Positions 12,427 through 26,588 of a stretch of DNA of 64,000 nucleotides are shown here, one piece after another (position 1 is the stretch's first letter; every line of letters starts with the position of its first letter). The position numbers and the translations under genes were made by a program. The stretch covers positions 239,630,001 to 239,694,000 of the forward strand of contig OZ024743.1 of the NCBI GenBank assembly GCA_964016885.1, given 5' to 3'. The stretch comes from Eledone cirrhosa. Its lineage: Eukaryota. The notes under the pieces are model-generated. The model saw only the letters and a list, made by a program, of their open reading frames with translations. It did no database searches and had not been told where the DNA came from.

Positions 12427-12994
12427 GATGTTGTCATTGTGAATATTGTTTGGTTGTGTTTCTTTGTATCTTTCCATTATTGTGTTTTTCTTCTCCTCAT
12501 ATCTCCAATGGATACAACACTTCCATTGGAGATATGTTCTGATTTATCACGCCACTAATCAAATCTCTTAATATCGAATTATCCATTAATTTCGCATTCT
12601 CTCACTATGATAACATCTACCCAAAACTTAACGTCGCCGCCGATGCCGCCGCCCGCTCTTGCCACAACCAGAGCTGTGTACTGACACCAACGCCATCACC
12701 AACTCCACCAACATCATCATCATTATCAAAACAATAACACCATCATATCAATCACCGCCACTACTGCCAACAACACAACCACGAACACCAACACCATCAC
12801 CATGCCCTCTGCCAGCAGCGGTATCACAACAACCATCACTATTATATCTAATACCAATATCATCACTGCCACGGGCGTCACCACCAGCACCTCAAACATC
12901 GCCTCAATAGTCATTAACAGAGCATAAAAGAGATATAAAGAGTCAGTGAAGCAATGGAGGAATTTGTCCATATATGTAGACGTTTCCGAATGCT

Positions 12995-13200
12995 CTAGAT
13001 GTCGGTAATGGTGTTTGGCTCAAAATCGTAGGGATGTGATTTCGATTCCCGGTGGTGCGTTGTATCTTTAAAGAAAACCCTTTATTTCACCCTGGCCCAG
13101 TTCCCGCAGCTGGCAGTAATTGGTTCTAGTTGTAATTCAATGGGCAAGCTTTGTCACTCTGAATTTCTCTGAATGTATTCGCTAGACTTAACCCGTCGTC
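12995..13200 (+). mobile_element. Degraded tRNA/CORE-like SINE remnant
   Basis: ttcgattccc B-box remnant and ctttatttcac..gcccagtt...gcagctg, similar to the SINE at 61930-62212. Confidence 0.4.
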
Positions 13201-13274
13201 CGATTCAACACAACTTCCTTGCCTGTCCTTGCCTTTAGGAAACATTCGGATCAGATTCCTAATTTTAGTATCTC

Positions 13275-13910
13275 TTCCTATCCCCCTTCCTTCCGTAATT
13301 TGGGGCGAAGGGAAAGTCGATTAAATCCTTAAAGTACATTACTGGTACTTTATTTTATCGACTCCGTAAGGATGAAAGGCAAAGTTAACCTCGGTGGGAT
13401 TGGAACTCAGACCGTAAAGGACCGTAACTCTATGCTGCAAAGCACGGTGTTCGATTCTCTGCCGATACTGCCAATCCACCACTCTTGAATCAGTAAAGAT
13501 AATAATTGTTTCTACTTTTTGCAGAAGGCCAGTAATTACCCAGTGCATTACTGGTACTTTATTTTATTGACCCCGTAAGGATGAAAGGCAAAGTTAACCT
13601 CGGCGGGATTTGAACTCAGGAAAAAGATAATAATAATAGATATTCAATTAAATCATAACATTATCTAATGATTTAACAGAAAATATTTTTTTTAATAGGT
13701 TTGTTTATTTAAATGTTTATAACATTTTTACTGTGAAAATTTACAGTGTTAGTATAAAGACTTTCATTTTTAATGGGTTGAAGTCATACTGTTATTTTGT
13801 AATTCTCCCGCCGAGGTTGACTTTGCCTTTCATCCTTACGGGGTCGATAAAATAAAGTACCAGTAATGCACTGGGTAATTGCTGGCCTTGTGCCTAAAGT
13901 AGAAACAGTT
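13275..13910. mobile_element. Cluster of three tRNA-SINE copies (13275-13480 minus, 13500-13620 minus, 13807-13910 plus)
   Basis: Core ctggtactttattttatcgac...aaggatgaaaggcaaagttaacctcgg. Confidence 0.85.
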
Positions 13911-14149
13911 ATTTTGTAATTCTCAAGAAAGTTTTGCTAATGTGGGTTCACTTGGTGTGTTAATACAAATGTTTATAGTATATTCTCTTGGACAGAAATC
14001 ATTGTGAAAACTTGCAATACTAAATAATGACTTTGATTGTTAATGTACTGCAGTCATAGTGTAATTTTATCATTTTCAAGAAAGTCTTATGAGTTAATAT
14101 AAAGAGTGCATTATATGAATATTACAATTTTTGAAATATATTCCATAGA

Positions 14150-14770
14150 GACATCACTTTCAGAATACACACAACATCATCTTCATCGTAATCATATGCA
14201 TCATCACCATCGTCATCCTTATCGTCATCATCATTACGTTACTTGTGCCAGTCAAGCCAATCCGCTCAGCACTGCTGCCGCCATATGTTCATAATTATTC
14301 ATGTTGGTCTGTTGAGTGATAGAGTGACACATTAACACAACGGCCATGAACACCACTACCATTATAACCACTAACACCACCACCACAACTACCGCTTTCA
14401 TAACCACCACCACCAGCACAACCAGCAGCACCACCATCACAACCACCATTAACACAGCCACTAATACTACTACCACAATCACCGCTTTCACAAACACCAC
14501 CACCAACACCAGCAGTAGTACTACCATGACAACCACTATCAACCTCCTCCACCACCGCTACTACCAACACCACAACACCAACACCGCCACCAACAGCAAT
14601 AACAACCATCTCTACCACCACTACCACCATGACAAACTTCACCACCACCACAACTATATGGCCGCCACATCATCATCATCATCATCACGTCACCATTACA
14701 GCCACCTACATTGCTATCATCATCATCACCACCACGACACCATCACTTCACTACTACTGTCACCATCCCA
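14150..14770. repeat. Degenerate (CAC/CAT/ACC)n low-complexity region
   Basis: Trinucleotide-type repeats that yield Thr/His/Val-run pseudo-ORFs. Confidence 0.85.
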
Positions 14771-15597
14771 CGACTTTAATAACACCTCTGATAAGTGCTA
14801 CAATGAAATATTCCATCCTTACCTCCCTTCCCTCTTCTCCGCTGCTGACATACAGTCAGTCACGTGTTCTATCGCATGGCCACTACAGTCTGACCGAGAG
14901 ACACACACTGTCTGGTGTGGCTACGTGTGAAAAGTCTCAGTCGAACGACATGGCTACACCTCTTGCACCTAACATGGAACTAAACATTGAAGTAGAGTGA
15001 ATCAAACGTGACACAATGTGTATGGAGTGAGGACTTGAATAACAGTTATTAAGAGAGGGTAGAGGATAAAATAGAAAGTACAAGGTTGTTGTTTAACCTC
15101 TTGTCAAACGGGATTCAGCAGATCTATGATCAAATTCATTTCACTCAGGAAAATTTATTCTTCTTATAATAATTATTTGAGTAGAAGTATCATGTGTAGA
15201 ATTATATAGTTTAATATGTGTTTTTAAGATAAGATGTGTGGTTTGAGAGATTTAGCTGCTATTTCCAAAAGGATGGATAAGATGATTGATAGATCATCAT
15301 CATTATTATCATCATCATCAAAAACAACAACAACAACCTGCGGCTTCAACCGAAATAGACACAATAAATCTTCAGATAGGACTGTTATTCATTGCATTGC
15401 CTAGATCCCGGACATCAATAACACAGCATTTGGCTATGATAGGAGAACTTGCGACTTTTCATAGATGCTGGTTTTCAAAGAACTAAAGTGACACAGCTTC
15501 ATTTGAGGCCTACAAATCTCAGTCTCCTCTTTCACAGAATATAAAAAAATGCGAGATCATTGTATATTTCTCTAAGAGTCCTAAGTTGCCTCTAGCT

Positions 15598-15766
15598 CAG
15601 TGGTTCCCAAAGTGGGTTCTACAAAGGAGTGTCTAGGTTTCTGAGAAAAAATGTAGAGGAGTATATTTATATTACGACCATATAACAATATTAGACGTTG
15701 GGATTCCCCCAAAAGTTTCTGAACCAAAAATGGTTCCGCGTTTGAAAAAAAACTTTGGAAACCCTG
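15598..15766. mobile_element. hAT (Charlie-like) MITE
   Basis: TIRs CAGTGGTTCCCAAAGT / ACTTTGGAAACCCTG with 8-bp TSD ctctagct / ctctagat. Confidence 0.75.
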
Positions 15767-16989
15767 CTCTAGATTATACTTTGATCGCGACGACGCAATG
15801 ACATGCTTCATCGAGGTGCTTTTGTTTAAAACTAATAGAGAAAGACATAAAGAGAGAGATGGTGAGGAGGAGTGGAATAGTTATTTTGGCCATCTAAACA
15901 TAAGCCAAAACATTCATATATTGACTTTTCATTTATTTCCTGGAGTGCGATACAAAGAACTAATACTAAAATTGTGATGCAGTAGAAATATATGTGACCA
16001 TGTCACACAAAATGCAAAAAAAGTTTGACACTCTACTAAATGAATCTATATAAACGAATCTAACACATTTTGTCTGTTTTACGATAGCTACAAGCAATTC
16101 TCCCATGATCTTATTGCTTTAAATGTAACACATGGTCTCAGATCAATCCACTTATCAGACATGTACAACTATGGCTAAAATGACTCTTCCATGGTCACAT
16201 TGCATTATTTTTAACACACGGTCTCAGATCAATTCACTTGCTAAACAAGTGCAACTTGAATAATGATTATTATAAAAATAACTGAGTGACAATATTTAGA
16301 ATAAAAGAAAAAAGTAATTTATAGACATAAAAATAAAATATAACAATGTAGAAACAAAATTTATCCGGTAGTCATCGTAACTCAATGAGATATCAAACGA
16401 TTTAGCCAAAATATTATTGGAAATTTCCCAGGCAAGCCATCGATATATGGATCTTAAAAAGCCACTCTTCATTCAGAGCGGAAATCGTCTCTGAAAAGCC
16501 ACTATCAATAATATAAAGAAAGAAATATAAACTAAACAGAGGAGAAAGCAACAGAGCAACCAAAAAACATTGCTACAACATCATTTTGTTTCCTTCAGTT
16601 TAAGGTCATTGCCAATGATTTAAAAAAGAAACAAACGGAATGTTATCTTGCTCCATGTATGCAAGGTTTCTGGTCACTTGACTCTGAGCTGCTGTATGTG
16701 TTAATCCAGTCAATAAGCGCGTCTTCATTCATACCGTTATTTGACAGACTTGAAGTAGTTTCTAAATCCTCCTCGAAACCTATTCTGCCATCTTGATAAG
16801 AACATTGAAAGTATACAATTTCTGGAATTAAGATGGGATTGTCACGGCTTGTGATCATATAACTGTTCCATCACAACTGACCTGGGATTATACAGCAACA
16901 AAAGGGACAATATCAACAGCCACAACCTTTCCTTAAATTTGCGTAGCTTATACATACCAATGCAAGAAAGTTATTACAACAACAAAAAT

Positions 16990-17684
16990 AATGGTTCTTA
17001 TTTAGATACAAAGCCTACAATTTCGGGGGAGGGAAAAGTCATTTATATTAACTCAAGTGCGTTACTTGTACTTTATTTTATCGAAGCTGTAAAGATGAAA
17101 GGCAAAGCTAACCACGGTGGGATTTGAACTCAGATCTGACGCAGAGACAGAAATTTGGGCAGATTACTTAGTACATCATATGATTTATATATATTTTACG
17201 AGTTTACAGATGTACATATAGTTTTATTTACAAGAAACAGAACATAATAAAAGAAGTAGAACAATATATAAATAATTGTTTCTACTTTTGGCACAAGGCT
17301 AGCAATTACCCAGTGTATTACTGGTACTTTATTTTATCGACCCCGTAAGAATGAAAGGCAAAGTTAACCTCGGCGGGATTTGAACTCAGAATGGCAAGGG
17401 CCGTAACTCAATGCGTCAAAGCATGTCGTCCGACCCTCTACCAATACTGCCAATCCACCATAAATAATGATATCTAGTATAAGCACAAGGTCAGTAATTT
17501 GGGGGTAGGAGAAAGATGATTAAATCGACCCCAGTACGTTACTGGTGCTTTATTTTATCGACCTTGTAAGGATGAAAGGCAAAGTTAACCTCGGCGGGAT
17601 TTGAACTCAGACCGTAAAGCGGCGTAACTCTATGCTGCAAAGCACGGCGTCCGACTCGCTACCGATACTGCCAATCCACCGCCC
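16990..17684 (-). mobile_element. Cluster of three tRNA-SINE copies
   Basis: Copies at ~16990-17135, ~17270-17460 and ~17470-17684, all with the shared core. Confidence 0.85.
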
Positions 17685-18059
17685 TAGAACAATATATAAA
17701 TAATACAATTCTTTGCCCTGATCCTCCTTCAAACAAATGATATACCCATACCAACTGGATCAGTAGCTGTTCCATCGCATGGCTGTCCCGATTGAATGTA
17801 TGTTTACGTCAGAGAGGAGTCTAAGGTCAACATCATTCTATTAACATAATCATTTCTGAAATATTACTGAAGGTAAAAAGTTACAGTATCATTATCGATG
17901 AGGTTGGCATTAGTTTATGATTGGTATCTATTTTTCCGATCCCATGGTGATGTTTGATCACCGGTATACGGTTGGTACAGCATGTCTGAATTCAAATCGC
18001 AATTTAAAAAGTACTTCTAATCGTGAACTTTCGATTCAGTCCTCCACCGGCTTAATCGG

Positions 18060-18122
18060 GTGTGTGGTGGTGTTGATGACGACGATGATCATGATGATGA
18101 TGATGATGATGACGACGACGAC

Positions 18123-18155
<33 letters not shown>

Positions 18156-18387
18156 GGTGATGATGATGACTTGATAATGACGTTAATAGTGGTGGCGAGG
18201 ATGATAGTGATGTTGATGATGGCGATGATGACGATGGTGATAGTGATAATGATGACAATGAGCTTAATAGTGGTGGTGATAATGAGGGGGAAGAGAAAAA
18301 ATGATGATGATGCTGATGACGATGACGATGGCGTCAATGATGATAGTGGTAGTGGTGATTATAACTTTCTGAAGTGACAGGAACAAT

Positions 18388-18422
<35 letters not shown>

Positions 18423-18713
18423 GGGTGGACGCGGAGAGCGAGAGAGAGAGGAGAGAGATGGGGGGAAGAGCGGAGAGAGAGGATAGAGACAGAGAGAGAG
18501 GAGAGAGACATGAGGGGTAGAGCAGAGAGAGAGAGAGAGAGAGCGAGGGTAATATTTAACTAATGAATGTTTAAGTTGGAGGAAGAGGAAACAAAGAAGG
18601 ATGAGCGCTGAAAGTTGCAAGTGTAAAAAAGCCGATGACACAAAAGACGCGATTAACACAAGATGTGTGTAAAGCTTGTGGACTTGTAGGTGGGTTGGTT
18701 TGAGTGTGTGTGC

Positions 18714-18762
<49 letters not shown>

Positions 18763-18857
18763 CGTATGTGTGCGTGTGTGTGTATATGCGTGTATGTGTG
18801 TGTGCGTGCGTGTGCGTGCGTGTGTGTGTACGTGCGTGTATGTGCATGTGTGTCTGC

Positions 18858-18888
<31 letters not shown>

Positions 18889-19691
18889 CGCATGTGTGCG
18901 TGTGTGTGCATGTGTGTGTATGTGTGTGTGCGCGTGTGTGTGAGTGCGTGTGTGTGCGTGTGTATATCTGCGAGTTTGTGCATATGTGCAGGCTTTTTTA
19001 AGTGTGAGAGTATGTGTTTCCGTGTTTGTGTGCTTGTGTATGCCTGGGTGCGTGTGCGTGTATGTGTGTGTATGTGTGTGTGTGTGGGGGGGTGCATATG
19101 TGTAGGCTTTTTAAAGTGTGTGTGTATGTGTTTCCGTGTTTGTGTGCGCGTGTGTGTGTGCGTGTGGCCGTGTGTGTTTCTGCGAGTTTGTACATATGTG
19201 TAGGCATTTTTAAGTGTATGTGTATGTGTGTTGAAGCGTGTGGTTTTAGGTAGAGTGTGCGTATACGTCTGTCAATGTATGTATGTGTGCGTGTGTTTGT
19301 CATTGGGTTCGTGTCAGTATGTACGTGTAAGTGCATGTGTGAGAGAGTATATATGTGTGTGTATACCAGAGTGTTTGTGTGTGTGTGTATGCATGTCAGT
19401 GTGTGTGTCAGTGAGTATATATGTGTGTGTATACCAGAGTGCTTGTGTGTTATGTGTGTATGCATGTCAGTGCGTGTATCAGTGTGTATATATGTGTGTA
19501 TACCACAGGGTTTGTGTACGTGTGTGTGTGTGTATGCATGTCAGTGTGTGTGTCAGTGAGTATATATGCGCGTGCCTGCCAGTGTTTGTGTGTGTACGTA
19601 TGTCAGTGTGTGTGTCAGTAAGTATATATGTGTGTGTGTCTGCTAGTGTGGTTGTGTGTGTGTGTGTACATATGTCAGTGTGTGTGTCTGT

Positions 19692-19725
<34 letters not shown>

Positions 19726-19810
19726 ATGCCAGTGTGTGTGTCAGTGAGTATATATGTGTATATGTCAGTGTGTGTTTGTGTGTAGGTATATTAGTGTATG
19801 TATATGTCAG
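18060..19810. repeat. Compound microsatellites: (GAT/GGT)n, (GA)n, long degenerate (GT)n/(GTGC)n
   Basis: Direct reading. Confidence 0.9.
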
Positions 19811-19989
19811 TATGTCTGTGTAGGTCAGGAGTAATGTAGTGCAGTAGACTCTAAGGGAAAAATGTCGGATTCCCTCAGGAAGAGTGGGATAAATGGTAGT
19901 GAGTATCCCAAGGAGAGTTGCTAACGGCTGGGAGTGGTGGACATAGGAGGGGTTGATTACATGTATGTTGCTGTTGTTGTGTGTATTAG

Positions 19990-21160
19990 TAGAGGTGGTT
20001 GTATGTGGTTGTATGGTTGTGTGCAGTTTTTTGTTGTATGTGGTGGTTGTGTGGCGTGGTTGTTGTATGTGGTAGTTGTGTGGCGTGGTTGTTGTATGTG
20101 GTAGTTGTGTGGTGTGGTTGTTGTATGTGGTAGTTGTGTGGCGTGGTTGTTGTATGTGGTAGTTGTGTGGCGTGGTTGTTGTATGTGGTAGTTGTGTGGC
20201 GTGGTTGTTGTATGTGGTAGTTGTGTGGCGTGGTTGTTGTATGTGGTGGTTGTGTGGCGTGGTTGTTGTATGTGGTAGTTGTGTGGCGTGGTTGTTGTAT
20301 GTGGTGGTTGTGTGGCGTGGTTGTTGTATGTGGTAGTTGTGTGGCGTGGTTGTTGTATGTGGTAGTTGTGTGGCGTGGTTGTTGTATGTGGTAGTTGTGT
20401 GGCGTGGTTGTTGTATGTGGTAGTTGTGTGGTGTGGTTGTTATATGTGGTTGTTGTGTGGCGTGGTTGTTGTATGTGGTAGTTGTGTGGCGTGGTTGTTG
20501 TATGTGGTAGTTGTGTGGCGTGGTTGTTGTATGTGGTAGTTGTGTGGCGTGGTTGTTGTATGTGGTGGTTGTGTGGCGTGGTTGTTGTATGTGGTAGTTG
20601 TGTGGCGTGGTTGTTGTATGTGGTAGTTGTGTGGCGTGGTTGTTGTATGTGGTAGTTGTGTGGCGTGGTTGTTGTATGTGGTAGTTGTGTGGCGTGGTTG
20701 TTGTATGTGGTAGTTGTGTGGTGTGGTTGTTATATGTGGTTGTTGTGTGGTGTGTGTGATTGTAGAGGTGGTTGTAAGTGGTTGTATGGCTGTTTGCAGT
20801 TTTTTGTTGTATGTGGTAGTTGTGTGGTGTGGTTGTTATATGTGGTTGTTGTGTGGTGTGTGTGATTGTAGAGGTGGTTGTAAGTGGTTGTATGGCTGTT
20901 TGCAGTTTTTTGTTGTATGTGGTAGTTGTGTGGTGTGGTTGTTATATGTGGTTGTTGTGTGGTGTGTGTGATTGTAGAGGTGGTTGTATGTGGTTGTGTG
21001 CATTTTTTTGTTGTATGTAGTAGTAGGGTTGTGTGGTTGTTGTTGTTGGTTGTGGTTGTTGTATGTTGTTGTTTATTGTTGTGTGTGTGATTGTAGAGGT
21101 GGTTGTAAGTGGTTGTATGGTTGTGTGCAGTTTTGTGTTGTATGTGGTAGTTGTGTGGTG
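19990..21160. repeat. 29-bp minisatellite (gtatgtggtagttgtgtggcgtggttgtt)n grading into a 106-bp higher-order repeat
   Basis: Period 29 over ~20035-20715. Units at 20714, 20820 and 20926 have period 106. Confidence 0.9.
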
Positions 21161-21368
21161 TCTGTGTTTGTTTTTGTTGTTCTGTACGTGGTTATTATTG
21201 TTGTGCATGGTTGTTATTGGGAGTTGGTGTCTGTTGTTGCTTTTATGTGTGGTTGTTGTTTGCGGTGGTGTTTATTGTTTGTGATTGTTCTTACTTTTCT
21301 TTCCACTGGGTCAGTGCATTTAACGATAACAAAACTGCAGTTCCATGACAGACTAATTAAGTGATAGC

Positions 21369-21446
<78 letters not shown>

Positions 21447-21494
21447 TAGTAGCAGCAACAGCAGCAGCTAAAGGAACGAAGATGATTATTTTAA

Positions 21495-22155
21495 TAATAA
21501 TTGTTTCTACTTTTGGCTCAAGGTCAGCAATTCTCCCAGTGCATTACTGGTACTTTATTTTATCGACCCCGTAAGGATGAAAGGCAAAGTTAACCTCGGT
21601 GGGATTTGAACTCAGAACGTAAAAGGCCATAACTCACTGCTACAAATCATAATGTCTGACGCTATACCGATACTGCCAATCAATCGCCATATATTTTTAA
21701 ATGCTAATGGTTTCTGATTTAGACACAAAGTCAGCAATTTTTGAGGTAAGGGAAATGTCGATTAAATCGACCCCATTGCGTTGCTGCTGGTATTTTATTT
21801 TATCGACCCCGTAAGGATGACAGGCAAAACTGAATAATAATGGTTTCTTATATAGGCAGGAGGCCAGCAATTTTGAAGGGGGGTGGTCGATTAAATCGAC
21901 CTAGTGCATTACTGGTTCTTTATTTTATCGACTGCGTATGAATGAAAGACAAAGCTAAGTAATAATTGTTTCTACTTTTGGCAAAAGGCCAGCAATTATC
22001 CCAGCACATTACTGGAACTTTATTTTATCGACCCCGTTAGGATGAAAAGCAAAGTTAACCTCGGTGGGATTTGAACCCAGACCGTAAAGGGGCGTAAGTC
22101 TATGCAACAAAGCATGGCGCCAGACCCTCTACTGATACTGCCAATCCCTCGCACT
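21495..22155 (-). mobile_element. Cluster of four tRNA-SINE copies or fragments
   Basis: Repeated SINE core, separated by aataat tails. Confidence 0.85.
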
Positions 22156-22389
22156 ACATAGCTAAGTAATAATGAGAAGAAGAAGAATTGATCTGCCACA
22201 AAGATACAAACACTGTGTGTGCGGGCGGGTTACAAGTAGTCGTACAAAAATGAAATAATTAATACAAAGAATAACTAAAAGTAACAAAAATGTCCTCAGT
22301 GGATGGAGAGGTAGTTTTCTAGGTCAAATTAAGTCCATGTTTCTGTTGCTCTCGTTGTTTTGGGTATAGATCCTTTTCAGACCTTATTG

Positions 22390-23163
22390 TCTGTGTGTGT
22401 TTGTGTTCATTTATCTATTTGTTTATTTATTTAACTGATAAATGAACACTTTATTTATTTAACGGATAAATGAACACTGGCGAGACCTTCAAGATAATAA
22501 AGAATCATCTGTACTCTACCAACATGCTAAGATAGAACACAAGGGTAAATTAGAGAACATAGAAATAAAAATAGAATCCACACACAGAAAAGATGCAATG
22601 TTTAGGCAAATTACAGAGGCAGTAAGCATAAAAGAATTACAACCAAAATTAAATAGAAAATATGAGTGGAGCAGCAACATCACAACTTACAATTAAGGAC
22701 AAAATGAAAACACACACACACATAGAACAAACAACCAACCAACAACATGTAAATAAATAAACAAATAGATAAATGAACACAAACACACACAGACACCCGG
22801 ATGTGGCGCATGCGCAAACTGAGCACACAACACACACACAGAAACAAAATGGCGTAGGACAGAAGAAAGGAAAGGCACAGAAACAAAGAAAGGAATCCCC
22901 AGTCACTGAAGAGGTCACAGAGTGTGTGACGAAAGGACTATGACTATATATAAACAACTATCTGGTTGTGGAACCAACCAACCAACCAGAAATTTATAAG
23001 TTTGTAGATTTGTAAATTTATAAATTTATAAATATATAATAAATTGAAGTGAAAGCAACTGGTGCGTGTGTTTCTTATTGGCAACATGACCCTCCCAAAG
23101 TATAACAATATCGGTTTCAACACACGATTTCAGATAAAGAATCTTGCTAAACAAATTCAGAAA

Positions 23164-23166
<3 letters not shown>
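22390..23166 (+). mobile_element. 5'-truncated Penelope-like element: inverted 5' piece + GIY-YIG C-terminus + pLTR with HHR
   Basis: 22463-22670 translates RINEHWRDLQDNKESSVLYQHAKIEH...RQITEAVSIKELQPKLNRKYEW. 22391-22430 is the reverse complement of 22750-22792. Ends in (TA)n. Confidence 0.8.
22901..22945 (+). ncRNA. Minimal hammerhead ribozyme
   Basis: agtca-CTGAAGA-g-gtcac-agagtgt-gtgac-GAAA-ggacta-tgact, with perfect stems I and II. Confidence 0.8.
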
Positions 23167-23230
<64 letters not shown>

Positions 23231-23254
23231 TATACGTATATATATATATATACA

Positions 23255-23445
23255 TAGGAAAAGGTTTTACCCCTTGAAAAGTTCCTCCATTTATTTACCA
23301 CGCTAAAAATTCTAGAAATAGCCGTCGAGACGGCTTGAGCTCCGCCGTCGGGGTTAAACATTTTCTTATTACCCACTCTACTACCCTAAGATTTGAGTAC
23401 TCTGGTGCATTATGGTCTATCCGGTTCCTTACCACACCTCCTTCG

Positions 23446-23450
<5 letters not shown>
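23255..23450 (+). mobile_element. Family D (TA)n-embedded short element (also 25333-25425 minus, 25785-25915, 40553-40655, diverged 50212-50312)
   Basis: Shared tagccgtcga(a/g)acggcttgagct...gtcggggttaaacatttt...ggttccttaccaca. Some copies are internally inverted. Confidence 0.7.
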
Positions 23451-23509
<59 letters not shown>

Positions 23510-23771
23510 GTGTATGTTTGTAGTATAATTAAAATCCTATACACTTAACATTTATGCGGGCCCTTAGGGTTCGGGCTACAGTTATGATTACCACAATATA
23601 GTGAATTACCCGGTGTAATACTGGTCACTCACTTGACGCTAGGACAACATTACATTATATATAATATGGATATATATATCGTGGAAATATCCGAGACCTC
23701 AGTAGACAACTGATGAGGAAAACTCGCCCGCCCCGTTCTTATTTTCTTCTTATTCTTACTCCATTTTAAGC

Positions 23772-23816
<45 letters not shown>

Positions 23817-24064
23817 TGACAAAGATATGTATTAAAGGGATTGGAGTTACAGTAAGGGAAGAGTATTTGTGCGTGTTTCTGGGTGAGAGCGAGGGAGAAA
23901 GAGATATAGAGAAAGAGGAAATAAATTTACACATAAGTACAGAAATATAAATCGCATTTTAAACGTATCTGTGCGCCATTTCATATACTTCACTCTATAA
24001 CACACCTTACTCCACCCCACTCTTCCTCTCTTACTCTTTTATACACACACATATACGTATATAT

Positions 24065-24139
<75 letters not shown>

Positions 24140-24216
24140 TATATATTTGTGTATATATATGTATGTATGTATGAGCACATATATGTATATATATTTTGTA
24201 TAGAACCTTACTTCCC

Positions 24217-24248
<32 letters not shown>

Positions 24249-24339
24249 CATATGTATATATGGAGTGTTCCCATATTATTCAATACACATACTTCGTTGC
24301 ACACACACACACTACTATCCCTATAGGTTTCTGTATATA

Positions 24340-24395
<56 letters not shown>

Positions 24396-24754
24396 CGTGT
24401 GTGTGTTTGTGTGCAATGAAGTATATGCATTAAACAATATGGCCACACTCCATTTCTGGCGATACGGCTGAATGGTAACAACGAAACACGTTCCCTCCGA
24501 TCTACTTTCTTTATACAACACCACACCTCCCACTACTTTATTTCTTTCCTTTCCTCTTTCTCTTTAACTATCTCCATATCTTTTAATCCGTTATCTATTC
24601 ATCTATATATCTATATCTCTCAACCTCCCCCCTCTCTCTCTCCCTCTCTCTCTCTCTCAGTATATATATATATATATATGTGTCTGTGTGTGTGTATGGC
24701 GAGAGAAAGGTTGATATACACACAAAATCCCATGTCTATATATTAGTCAATCTA

Positions 24755-24833
<79 letters not shown>

Positions 24834-25257
24834 CTCTCTCTCTCTTGCTCTCTCTAGCTAGCTATGCGTGTGTGTGTGTGTGTCTTCATGCATGCGTGTG
24901 TGTGTGTGTGTGTGTATATAACGTCTATCTATCTACATCTATCTACTAACTATCTACCTCTGTTTCACCTGACGAGGCATGTGGTCGCCAATTGGTGCGT
25001 AGTAGAAATCATCCCACTGCGGCCATTAATGACGGTAAGCGCTGGTTAAACAACGATGGGTGGAGAAAATAGAGAAAAGAGAACTAATTTAAGTGGTGAT
25101 TGCATAGCGGGAGATAAGAGCTAATCTAGCACTTTAACACACACACACAAACACACATATATATGTATATATACACACACATATATATGTATATAAACAC
25201 ACGCACATACATTTATTTCTATTCATCTCCCTTTTTCTCTCCATCGACACACACACA

Positions 25258-25336
<79 letters not shown>

Positions 25337-25432
25337 CGAAGGAAGTGTGGTAAGGAACCCGATGGACCATAAAGCACCAGAGTACTCAATACCTAGGTTA
25401 GTAGAGTGGGTTAAACATTTTCATATATATAC

Positions 25433-25514
<82 letters not shown>

Positions 25515-25540
25515 GCACACACATATATATATATATATAG

Positions 25541-25577
<37 letters not shown>

Positions 25578-25729
25578 TGTCTACATATATATTAATATAT
25601 ATGCGCATCATATCTATATATATTGCTTATAAGTTTGTGTAGAGATACATACATACATATATACACATAACTACATAATGTCTATATATGTAACCCATGT
25701 GCAACCACGCAGTATTCTTTCTTCTCATG

Positions 25730-25787
<58 letters not shown>

Positions 25788-25912
25788 AAAATTAGCTGTC
25801 GAAACGGCTTGAGCTATGCCGTCGGGGTTAAACATTTTCCTATTACCCACTCTACTACCCTAGTACTCTGGTGCGTTATGGTCCATCTGGTTCCTTACCA
25901 CACTTCCTCAGT

Positions 25913-25977
<65 letters not shown>

Positions 25978-26432
25978 TAACATACATATGTATATATGTG
26001 TTGTATGCGTGTGGGTGTTTCTGTGTATATACGTTCAGGAAACAACAGGATAGGGAGAATCACCAGTGACTGGTGAGGAGATGAAATGACAAAGGAGCCT
26101 GTTTTCTACCACCAATCCTTCCGCCACCTTCACAACTTCACTACCCAGTCGCAGATTAATGTTTTCTTCTCTTTTGTACTTGTTTAATCATCAGTAGATA
26201 GAGGAAAAAAAAAAGCTTTGCTTCTATGCGGTACACACATACACCCCACACATATGTATATGATCCTCTCCCTTTCACACACACTCTCTCTCTCTCTCTC
26301 CCGCTCCTGCTCCCTCACTCTCTGTATATATATATATATATATACATACCCACACGCACACATATATATATATAGATAGATAGATAGATAGATATGTCTA
26401 CATATATATTAATATATATGCGCATCATATCT

Positions 26433-26483
<51 letters not shown>

Positions 26484-26509
26484 TATGCATATATATATAT
26501 ATATATATA

Positions 26510-26581
<72 letters not shown>

Positions 26582-26588
<7 letters not shown>

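Larger units (their letters stand above)
6885..12427 (+). mobile_element. Tx1/L1-clade non-LTR retrotransposon, near full length, degraded
   Basis: ORF1 with zinc knuckle, ORF2 with APE, RT and C-terminal cysteine motif, and 3' (ATT)n tail at 12367-12427. Confidence 0.9.

Noticed and set aside
14346-14930. Thr/His-rich mucin-like ORF
   Set aside because: It is a low-complexity trinucleotide repeat open in several frames on both strands.
16600-16925. Possible host exon (71-aa minus-strand ORF and a plus-strand open stretch)
   Set aside because: No recognisable domain and no convincing splice frame; cannot be supported without homology or RNA data.
20035-20715. Regular 29-bp repeats as a CRISPR array
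   Set aside because: There are no unique spacers, the context is eukaryotic, and there are no cas genes.
23705-23730. CTGATGAGGAAAAC as a hammerhead
   Set aside because: There is no stem II between the core strands and no stem I pairing.
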